In this document: in pieces, positions 1 through 7,878 of the stretch
Layout: each line of letters opens with the position of its first letter
Numbering within the stretch: the stretch's first letter is position 1
Assembly (NCBI GenBank): GCA_027339965.1
Contig: DAHWNL010000087.1
Coordinates: 1 to 34,736, forward strand
Source: Granulicella sp.
GTDB lineage: Bacteria > Acidobacteriota > Terriglobia > Terriglobales > Acidobacteriaceae
Reading direction: 5' to 3'
DNA length: 34,736 bases
The notes under the pieces: generated by a model
Databases searched by the model: none
The model's input: only the letters and a program-made list of their open reading frames with translations
What the model was told of the DNA's origin: nothing
Translations under genes and position numbers: made by a program

Positions 1-146
1 TCGAATTGCTCCCCGCTGATGTCGCTTGCGTAAGCTTTTCTCCGTTCCATCCTTCTTGATTACCGCCCCGGAGAAGCCAACGCATATGGCTTCTCAGATT
101 CCTGTGCCACATCGAAACCATAGATCGTAAACAGGCTCTGAGCGAA

Positions 147-572
147 ATGGGGATGGAAGTTGCGATACCGCGAGCGGTCGAAGAGGAATGCTGCGGCGGC
201 AAAAAGACTCTCGAAGCTTTCATGATTCAAAAAGCGGTGCACGAGTCGAGAATCAGAGTGCACATCGTGAAGAATCGGAAGTTGGTGCTGAAGCTGGCAC
301 CGGATTTCAACATGGGGAGCGGAGAGTCGGGAGCCATTGCGCTTGCCTTGCAGGAGAAAGCGCGGCTGGTGGGCGTCGATGACAAGCGCGGCATGGATGC
401 CTGCAAACTGACGGGAGTTCCCTTCACCACGGCAATCGCTATCCTGCTGCGAGGCCAACAGAAAGGGCTGATCGGCAAAGACAATGCGTTGGCTCGTCTC
501 GCGTTCCTCGCCAGGCACGGGCGTTACAGAAGTTCAATTGTTGGAGATGCAAAGCGGAGACTGGAGGAATAA
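147..572 (+). pseudogene. PIN-domain (DUF3368-type) toxin, apparently lacking its N-terminus
   Basis: Contains VAIPRAVEEE, GSGESGAIALA and VGVDDKRG, typical of DUF3368/PIN proteins. The first strand with the conserved Asp is missing. The in-frame upstream sequence back to TGA 57-59 does not supply it. Confidence 0.7.
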
Positions 573-575
573 GCC

Positions 576-872
576 ATGACGCAGACGATGAGTATCCGCA
601 TGGACCGGGAGAATTACGAGTTCCTCCATGCGATCAGCCGGGAGGAGCGGAGCGACCTGTCCAAGGCGGTGCGTGAACTGGTGACGCGCGGCCGGGCTCT
701 GCTTGCCGTAGAGAAGTACCGCGAGGGCGAAGCGTCGCTGGGCAAAGCCGCCGAGCTGGCAGGCCTGCCCGTGGGACAGATGATGACTCTTCTCGGAGAA
801 TTCGGGGTACGGCTCAAGATCGACCAGGAAGATTACCGTCAGAGTCTGGAGAATCTCGCCAAAGTTTGGTGA
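576..872 (+). CDS. UPF0175-family antitoxin (N-terminal RHH-like DNA-binding part plus HTH)
   Basis: MSIRMD...DLSKAVRELV (RHH-like) and YREGEASLGKAAELAGL (UPF0175 signature). GGAGGA RBS upstream; starts 3 bp after the PIN stop. Confidence 0.8.
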   Translation: MTQTMSIRMDRENYEFLHAISREERSDLSKAVRELVTRGRALLAVEKYREGEASLGKAAELAGLPVGQMMTLLGEFGVRLKIDQEDYRQSLENLAKVW

Positions 873-883
873 GTCCGTGAGAA

Positions 884-1744
884 ATGCAACTCTGGTTTGT
901 CGATGACGCCCGCCAACAGACCCCGACCAGACAGGGAATGGGCCCGCTACGCGCCGCAGGAGCGATTTGCGTCTCGGAGGCAAATCTCAAGAGTTTTGAG
1001 GACGCGCTTGATGCATTATGCCGAACCGTCGGATTTCCTGATCGTCAGGAGTTCAAGTGGTCGCCTGGCCGGGAGCCTTGGATGCGCGATCATCTCACTG
1101 GGCAGGCGCGAACTGAGTTCTTTCTAACCGCGGTAACCATTGCGAGGGACCACGACATTTGTGGGGCGCTGGCCGTTGTAGATACGGACCATACCGTGAT
1201 CGCCGGCGCCGGCAACCACGAGACTTCTGTAGTCCGTCTACTTCTGGAACGGATTCAGAATGCAACATCCATGGAAGAATACGCCCTCTTCATCGCCGAT
1301 ACGCCGAGTGGCGGAAGCAGGCAAAATAGCGACGCATTCATCAGTGACTGCCCGGAGACGATGTGCACAGGGACGAATGCGCTTTCGCCACTGAACAGGA
1401 TTGCCATGGTGCTCACGTGCAGCTCACATCTCAATCGCTGTCTTCAGTTCGCTGATTTGTTCACTTCTTGTTTGACAGCATTTGTCTCAGGAGAGAATCG
1501 CTGGTCGCCGTCAGTTGCGCGCGAGCTGCGCGGGTTGCTTCGGGCCGAGTTGGGAAGGGTGGGTGGTTGTGGCGTAAAGATTCATCCCGACTACGTGTAT
1601 GCCAATCTGTATCAATGGCTCTTTGGCGACGATACGTTTGTGCGGTCTTATTGCGCGCATCCCATGCCCATTCTGACCAGATCCTACAAGACTAGCGTCG
1701 AGGCATATTGCTCGGCGCCAGCACCGAGGAAAAAAGGGAGCTGA
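884..1744 (+). CDS. DUF3800-like protein (RNase H-like fold, putative nuclease)
   Basis: N-terminal WFVDD, internal EFKW and FIAD, C-terminal LQFADL (QxAD motif). Starts 11 bp after the antitoxin stop. Confidence 0.7.
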   Translation: MQLWFVDDARQQTPTRQGMGPLRAAGAICVSEANLKSFEDALDALCRTVGFPDRQEFKWSPGREPWMRDHLTGQARTEFFLTAVTIARDHDICGALAVVDTDHTVIAGAGNHETSVVRLLLERIQNATSMEEYALFIADTPSGGSRQNSDAFISDCPETMCTGTNALSPLNRIAMVLTCSSHLNRCLQFADLFTSCLTAFVSGENRWSPSVARELRGLLRAELGRVGGCGVKIHPDYVYANLYQWLFGDDTFVRSYCAHPMPILTRSYKTSVEAYCSAPAPRKKGS

Positions 1745-1771
1745 AGGGGCCGGGGTTTCAGTTCCATAGGG

Positions 1772-2431
1772 TCACGATGACTGCTTGATGCGCGGCCAGA
1801 TGTCGGCAATGGTTTCACAGGCGGCATCGATATCGCGCTTCAGTCGCTTGTTCAGCTCTTTTCCGCTGTGTTGCGTTTGCCGGGAGACATCGAGATAGAT
1901 GAGGTCCCTCGGTTGAACACCGAGGCCGTCCGCGGCCGCTGCCTCGTGCATGACCTTCAGAATGATCTGGACGACTTCCTCGTCCGGTTTCGGGAGGCTG
2001 AAATCCAGCTTGATGAGCTTCTTTCGACCGCCTTCGTCCACATAGAGGTCTGGCGTTGCGGAAACGATCACCTCGCCATGCTGATACTTCGGCTTCGGCG
2101 TTTCCAGCACTGTGAATTTGTTGCGGGAAAAATGGGTCATATAGGTGTTCACTGCCCGCACGTTGTCTTTGATTCGCGATGCGTCCTTTTCCGGATGCTC
2201 GATTTCCTTCTTCAGCAGCGCTTCGATGGCGGTCAGCAGCACGCTCACCTCATTCCCGCTCTCGTGATACTTGCGAATTGCCGTTCGGGCCTCGCTGTAG
2301 CGGACGATCTGAGGCCGTTTCTTGCCGTCGGCGGTGTATTGGAACTTCTGGTTGCGCAACAATGTGCGCTGCGCGGCCGAGCTGGCCTTCATGAATTTTG
2401 CCAAGCCGCTCACAGAGATCTGAATCGCCAT
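1772..2431 (-). CDS. hypothetical protein, degenerate PD-(D/E)XK-like fold, possibly SocB-like
   Basis: 219 aa from ATG 2431 with a GGAAGGA RBS. Motifs VSATPDL...LIKLDF, KVMHE and C-terminal ETIADIW. Confidence 0.6.
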   Translation of the reverse strand: MAIQISVSGLAKFMKASSAAQRTLLRNQKFQYTADGKKRPQIVRYSEARTAIRKYHESGNEVSVLLTAIEALLKKEIEHPEKDASRIKDNVRAVNTYMTHFSRNKFTVLETPKPKYQHGEVIVSATPDLYVDEGGRKKLIKLDFSLPKPDEEVVQIILKVMHEAAAADGLGVQPRDLIYLDVSRQTQHSGKELNKRLKRDIDAACETIADIWPRIKQSS

Positions 2432-2594
2432 CTCGTTTCCTTCCTGGCGCCTCGTTGGGCGAACTGCTGCTGGGCAGCGTCTCAAACGCGCAAGGGGCGC
2501 AGGGCCAAGACATATAACAAGATACTCTCACGCCCAGGATGCGGAGCGCTTTGAAAATGCTTCGGAAGCGTGTGGACGAACGGATCGGATACGA

Positions 2595-2838
2595 ATGGCT
2601 GAGCTGATTTGGGACGGGAAGTATGCGGACGGCAAGCAGCAAAGCCCGGTGCGGGCGGCGTTGCCGTTCCAGACCATCGAGACGGTGAATGAGAGCACGG
2701 CGGACCGGCAGCGCGCTGGACTATTTTGCCGCCGGGCGGCAGACGGAATGGCGCAACCGGCTCATCTGGGGCGACAAGAAATATGTGCTGCCATCCCTGC
2801 TGCCGGAGTTCGCGGGCAAGGTGAACCGGATTTACACC
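2595..2838 (+). pseudogene. type III RM Mod-like site-specific DNA methyltransferase, N-terminal fragment
   Basis: MAELIWDGKY...LPFQTIETVNE, then a frameshift in a GC run near 2711-2716, then WRNRLIWGDKKYVLPSLLPEFAGKVNRIY. Homology stops just before the expected IDPPF motif. Confidence 0.85.
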
Positions 2839-3195
2839 CAATATATGCGTTCCTTGCGCGAGGAGTGTGTTCATCAAGACCTGCTGATGCGCACAAAACT
2901 GGTGCTCGCGTAACTGGTGCGCGGTGTTCTCCGTCCGCTGCGGGAAACGGGGCCGAGAGCGACTTTACCGCCAACGGAGTTGATTCCCGGTGGTGCGCTC
3001 CTGAATGCGACTGCCGATTGGCCCAGGCCAAAGCCGGAGTGTCCAACTGCTGAGATAGCTTTGCACCGCACGGAACGGACAGATGGTGAGGATGTTCTAT
3101 GCTGGTCTCTGTGAAATGGCCGCCGGCTGCACAGGAGCGCACGCGGCCTGATCTGAGGAAGTTTTCGCTGAACGATGCCAGGAAGGATGGTTGTG

Positions 3196-3486
3196 ATGGC
3201 GGTGGAGTCCAAAGAGGAGCAGAGCAGAGAGCAGCAGAAGCTGATCGCCAGGATTCGAAGGATCCGCGGTCAGGTGGACGCCATTGAGCGCTCACTGGCC
3301 GAGAAGGAGCACTGCGCCGACACGCTGATGTTGCTGGCCAATGTACGCGGAGGCATCAATAGCCTGATGGCCGAGGTGCTGGAGGACCATATCCGCCTGC
3401 ACATGCTGTCTCCAGGAAAGAACCCGGTGGCCTCCACCGAGCTGGCCGAGGACCTGATCGATCTGGTGCGAGCCTATCTGAAGTAG
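3196..3486 (+). CDS. CsoR/RcnR/FrmR-family metal/formaldehyde-sensing repressor
   Basis: RIRRIRGQV, C-x-D-x-L, VRGGIN, EDHIRLH, C-terminal RAYLK. GGAAGG RBS. Confidence 0.9.
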   Translation: MAVESKEEQSREQQKLIARIRRIRGQVDAIERSLAEKEHCADTLMLLANVRGGINSLMAEVLEDHIRLHMLSPGKNPVASTELAEDLIDLVRAYLK

Positions 3487-4466
3487 CCTGGCAACGCTTC
3501 GGTCTGGTGGAGGGAAAAGAAGGAGCTGCGCAGGGCCGCGTCGCGAAAGGCTTCAACGCCGCCGGCACGCAGCGTGGAGAGAGCGCCGGCGAGGTTACCA
3601 AAGGCTGCGGCGCGCAAAGGGTCCATACCGTCGAGCCAGGCGCGGAGGAAGCCGGCGTTGAAGCTGTCCCCGGCACCGATGGTATCGATGACGTCCTTGG
3701 AATCGATGGGGATGGGAGCAACCCAGTCGCGCTGGAATCCGCGCTGGGATCCTTGCTGGACCAGGGCTCCCCGAGCTCCGCATTTGACCACAATCAGCGG
3801 GACACGAGGAGCGAGCGCGTCCAGCGCTGCTTCCAGCGAGGGCCGGCCGGCGATCTTCTGAACCTCCACTTCATTGGGCAAAAGTAGATCGATCTTGTCC
3901 AGCAGCGTGGGCAGGACGCCGCTCCAGAGGCCGGAGGGGTCATCATTGGTGTCCAGCGAGAGGGTGAGGCCGGAGCGGCGGAGGTGGTCAAAGAGTTGCG
4001 GCAGGCCTGCGTGGAGGCCAGTCTGAAGGAAGAGCGAGGAGAGATGAAGGTGGCGGGCAGAGACGAGCAGCGAGAGGTCAAGGTCAGAGACCGTGATCTG
4101 CTCTGTGACGCCGGGGTAGGTGAGCATGTGGCGCCGAGAGCCGTGGGGCAAGACGATGGTGACCCCGGTCCGGGTGTTGGCGCGGCGAACGATGTGAGAG
4201 GTGTCCAGGCCGGCTTCGGCCAGATGCTTCAGGGCAATCGTTCCCATGGCGTCGTCGCCCAGCAGAGAGGCGAACCCGACGCGTGCGCCCAAAAGTGAGA
4301 GGTTGTGGGCCAGGATGGAAGAGGATCCGCCCAGGGTCATGTGGAAGTCAGAGGCCAGAAGCTCAACTTCCACCGGAAGCGCCTCAGGAAGGCCCTGCAG
4401 GATAAGATCGAGATTGGTTTCGCCGGCAATGGCGACGTCAAGCGCTTTGACGGCGGAGGCGATCAT
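3474..4466 (-). CDS. PfkB-family carbohydrate kinase
   Basis: GETNLD, LGGS, GDDAMG, PNEVE, VKCGARG, DTIGAGDSFNAGF. Confidence 0.95.
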   Translation of the reverse strand: MIASAVKALDVAIAGETNLDLILQGLPEALPVEVELLASDFHMTLGGSSSILAHNLSLLGARVGFASLLGDDAMGTIALKHLAEAGLDTSHIVRRANTRTGVTIVLPHGSRRHMLTYPGVTEQITVSDLDLSLLVSARHLHLSSLFLQTGLHAGLPQLFDHLRRSGLTLSLDTNDDPSGLWSGVLPTLLDKIDLLLPNEVEVQKIAGRPSLEAALDALAPRVPLIVVKCGARGALVQQGSQRGFQRDWVAPIPIDSKDVIDTIGAGDSFNAGFLRAWLDGMDPLRAAAFGNLAGALSTLRAGGVEAFRDAALRSSFFSLHQTEALPGYFR

Positions 4467-4559
4467 GAGGGTCCTTGGGTGGACGATGTGAATGGAGCTT
4501 CAGAAAGGGTATGGAGCGGGAAGGCTCCAGCGGCCAAGGCGAAAGCAACCGTTCCTTGC

Positions 4560-4588
4560 GATTTTAGCTTCCTGATTTTAGCTTCCTG
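4560..4588. repeat. 14 bp tandem direct repeat (GATTTTAGCTTCCT x2)
   Basis: Seen directly in the divergent pfkB/amidohydrolase intergenic region. Confidence 0.9.
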
Positions 4589-4782
4589 CTGGAGAGGAGG
4601 GAAAGCATCCCGCCGGGTGGTGCGATGCGAAGAGACCAGGCAGGCGCATTCTCGGCAAGAAGGCAGAAGGCGGCTGGGCCCGTGCTGATAGTATAGGGAT
4701 TTTGGCGCAACAGCATGGACAGAGATTGCGGGCGAACATGGACGGGTGGAGACGGAAGCCGGCCTGCGAAGGATGGAAGGGG

Positions 4783-5871
4783 ATGATGCAGCGACCTGAC
4801 GGACAGGATGGCGCGCAAAAGGACAAGTTTGTGGCCATGATGCGGGCCAAGGCGCAGGTGATGTTGCCCCTGAGCGAGTTTCATCCGCGCAGCATGTTGA
4901 AGACGGCAGAGCATGAGGTAAGGCGGCCGCGCTTCCCGGTAATTGACTACCACAATCACCTGGACGCGCAGGATCCGGCGCAGGTTCTGCGGGTGATGGA
5001 TGCCTGTGGAATCGAGCATATGGTGAACATCACGATGCAAGTGGGCGAGGCGGCGCTGGCGATGATGGAGCGCTATCGCAAGGCGGATGCACGCCGCTTC
5101 TCCACGATTGGATGGATGGACTGGGATGGGGTGGAGGGGGATTTTAAAGTCTTTGTGGCTGGCAGCGTGAAGCGGCTGGAGCGGCTGGTAGAGGCCGGAG
5201 CGGTGGGCTTCAAGATATGGAAGGATCTGGGCCTGAGGGTCCGCGACGCCAGCGGTGAGCTGGTGCGGGTGGACGACGAGCGGCTGGCCCCGATCTTTGA
5301 GCGGGCCGGCGAGCTGGGCGTTCCGGTCATGGTGCACATCGGGGATCCGGAGGCCTTCTTTCTGCCCATCGATGGCGACAATGAGCGCTATGAGGAGCTG
5401 GCGGCGCATCCGGAGTGGAGTTTTTATGGCAGCCAGTATGGCAAGAGCGATCTTTTGGAGCAGAGGGATCGGGTGTTCCGGCGGCATCCGCGAACCACCT
5501 TTGTGGGAGCGCACATAGCGGAGAACAGCGAGGATCTGGAGCGAGTCTCCAGGATGCTGGACGCCTGCCCGAATGTGCTGGTGGACATCAGCGCCCGGGC
5601 TTCCGAGCTGGGCCGGCAGCCTTACGCAGCGCGGAGATTCTTTTTGCGCTTTGCTGACCGGATTCTGTTTGGTACGGATTTAACGCCGGAAGAGGAGATG
5701 TACAGACTCTATTACAGGTTTCTGGAGACAGCCGACGAGTACTTTGCGTATCCTACACATGCCTCCGGACAGGGGCGCTGGCGCATCTATGGCCTGGATC
5801 TTCCGGAGGATGTGCTGCGCAAGGTGTACCGGGAGAATGCACTGCGGCTTTTGTCGCATCTGCAAAGCTGA
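4783..5871 (+). CDS. amidohydrolase family protein (Amidohydro_2-type)
   Basis: IDYHNH, GFKIWK, VMVHIGD, GAH and FGTD metal-binding motifs. Start placed at MMQR after GGAAGGG. Confidence 0.9.
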   Translation: MMQRPDGQDGAQKDKFVAMMRAKAQVMLPLSEFHPRSMLKTAEHEVRRPRFPVIDYHNHLDAQDPAQVLRVMDACGIEHMVNITMQVGEAALAMMERYRKADARRFSTIGWMDWDGVEGDFKVFVAGSVKRLERLVEAGAVGFKIWKDLGLRVRDASGELVRVDDERLAPIFERAGELGVPVMVHIGDPEAFFLPIDGDNERYEELAAHPEWSFYGSQYGKSDLLEQRDRVFRRHPRTTFVGAHIAENSEDLERVSRMLDACPNVLVDISARASELGRQPYAARRFFLRFADRILFGTDLTPEEEMYRLYYRFLETADEYFAYPTHASGQGRWRIYGLDLPEDVLRKVYRENALRLLSHLQS

Positions 5872-5976
5872 CTCCAGATGGCCGCAGCCTGGGATCGTAG
5901 CGGCTTGGGATGCGTTTGCCCGAGAAGACCCCTCAAACGAAGGTCACTCAAAACTTAGAAGGAGTAAACACCAACG

Positions 5977-7809
5977 ATGAGCCATGGATCTTGCGCTGTA
6001 CCAATGGACCCGAGGGGTAGTGAGGAGCAGGACAGCAGCCGGCGGGCTTATAATCTGCTGTTGCTCTCCGTGGCCGGGCTGGGCGGACTGCTTTATGGCG
6101 TGGATGTCGGCATCATCGGTGGGGCGCTGCCGTATCTGGAGGCGACCTCGGGGCTGAGCGCCGCGCAGCTCTCGGTGATTGTGGCGGCGGTGCTGCTGGG
6201 CAGCGTGCTGTCCACAATCTTTGCCGGCCTGCTTGCGGACTGGATGGGACGCAAGCCGCTGATGGCGCTGAGCGGCCTGGTGTTTGTGATCAGCATTCCG
6301 ATGATTGCGCTCTCGCACGGCTATGGGCCATTGTTTCTGGGGCGGCTGCTGCAGGGCTCCAGCGCCGGCTTTGTGGGCGTCGTGGTGCCGCTTTACCTGG
6401 CCGAGTGCCTGACCTCTTCCTCGCGCGGCAAAGGAACGGGGATCTTCCAGTGGCTGTGCACCTTCGGCATTGTGGCGGCAGCGCTGATCGGCATCTACTA
6501 CAGCTATCACGTGCAGGCGGTAGCGGCGCGGGCCAGCGCGGCGACGCTGTTCCATGTGGAGGATCAAGCCTGGCGGCGCATCTTCTGGATCTCCTTGCCG
6601 CCGGGAGTGTTGTTCGTGCTCGGCAGCTTGTTTGTGGGCGAGAGCCCGCGCTGGCTGTTTCGCAAAGGACGGCTGGAGCGGGCGATGAGTTCGCTGCTGC
6701 GCTCGCGTTCCGCCGCCGGCGCGGAGCTTGAGTTTGAGGAGATGCAGGCCATCGCCAACGAGCGTGATGCAAACAAGCACGCTGAGGGCTCGCTGCTGCG
6801 GCGGAAGTATGTGGTCCCCTTCCTGCTGGCCTGCGTGATCCTGTTCTGCAACACGGCCACCGGAATCAACTCGATCATCGGCTTCAACACCAGCATCCTG
6901 CTGCAGAGCGGTCTTACCGACGTGGCTTCGCACTGGGGCTATGTGGTGTTTACCATGGTGAACTTTCTGATGACGGTGGTGGGCATCCTGCTGGTAGACA
7001 AGAAAGGCCGCAGGTTTCTGTTGATTCTGGGAACGACCGGCGTGACACTCTCCATGCTGGTGGTGGCCGGCATGTTTTGGCGTACCGAGCGGTCGGAGAT
7101 GGAGTGCAGGAGCGCGGTGCAGTCCATGGTGGAACCGGGGCAGGAGCTGACGCTGCGCTTTGATCCGGCGACGGCGGCAAAGCTGCTGTCCCAGAGTGGA
7201 TTCAGCAGCAGCCAGGCGCTTGCCCAGCATGCTTCGCTGGCCGTAATTTACTCCTACGGCGGGTTTACCGGCGAGACCACGTATGTGCGCTCAGATGACA
7301 AGGGCGCCGCGCCGATTCACATTACGCGCGCAGGCACGGTGCCGGTGAACGCAGTGGACGCATTCTTCAAGAATCCGTTTGCCGATGTGAAGGCTGCACA
7401 GACCGCCCCGCTGAAGATAGAGCGGGCGAGGATCGGACAGATCCCCAGTACGCAGTATGGCGAAGCGGTGGCTTTGGCGCTGTTCAGCTTCATCGCGTTC
7501 TACGCGCTCGGTCCGGGAGTGTGCGTCTGGCTGGCGCTCTCTGAGTTGATGCCGACCCGAATCCGCTCCATGGGAATGAGCTTTGCCCTGGTAATCAACC
7601 AGATGGTGTCAACGACGCTGGCGGTGATCTTTCTGCCCGTGGTGAGTCAGTACGGCTACTCTTCGATGTTCCTGCTCTTTGCCGGCTTTGGAATGGTCTA
7701 CTTTGTCACCGCGCTGTTCTTCCTTCCTGAGACCAAAGGAAAGACGCTGGAGGAGATCGAACAGTACTTTGAAGGGACAACGGCGCGGGAGGCAATGGCC
7801 GGCGAGTAA
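5977..7809 (+). CDS. sugar porter family MFS transporter with a large insertion between TM9 and TM10
   Basis: GGLLYGVDVG, DWMGRK, PLYLAE, ESPRWL, VDKKGRR, SELMP, PETKGKTLEEI. Confidence 0.95.
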   Translation: MSHGSCAVPMDPRGSEEQDSSRRAYNLLLLSVAGLGGLLYGVDVGIIGGALPYLEATSGLSAAQLSVIVAAVLLGSVLSTIFAGLLADWMGRKPLMALSGLVFVISIPMIALSHGYGPLFLGRLLQGSSAGFVGVVVPLYLAECLTSSSRGKGTGIFQWLCTFGIVAAALIGIYYSYHVQAVAARASAATLFHVEDQAWRRIFWISLPPGVLFVLGSLFVGESPRWLFRKGRLERAMSSLLRSRSAAGAELEFEEMQAIANERDANKHAEGSLLRRKYVVPFLLACVILFCNTATGINSIIGFNTSILLQSGLTDVASHWGYVVFTMVNFLMTVVGILLVDKKGRRFLLILGTTGVTLSMLVVAGMFWRTERSEMECRSAVQSMVEPGQELTLRFDPATAAKLLSQSGFSSSQALAQHASLAVIYSYGGFTGETTYVRSDDKGAAPIHITRAGTVPVNAVDAFFKNPFADVKAAQTAPLKIERARIGQIPSTQYGEAVALALFSFIAFYALGPGVCVWLALSELMPTRIRSMGMSFALVINQMVSTTLAVIFLPVVSQYGYSSMFLLFAGFGMVYFVTALFFLPETKGKTLEEIEQYFEGTTAREAMAGE

Positions 7810-7878
7810 CTTCCGGGCAGGGACGGCAAAGATGCAGGATAGATGCCTGACAATGGGACTCTGCGGAAGGACGATGGA

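Noticed and set aside
4683..4702. GATAGTATAGGG as an FrmR/RcnR operator
   Set aside because: Only a half-site with no symmetric partner; more simply a -10 element for the amidohydrolase gene.
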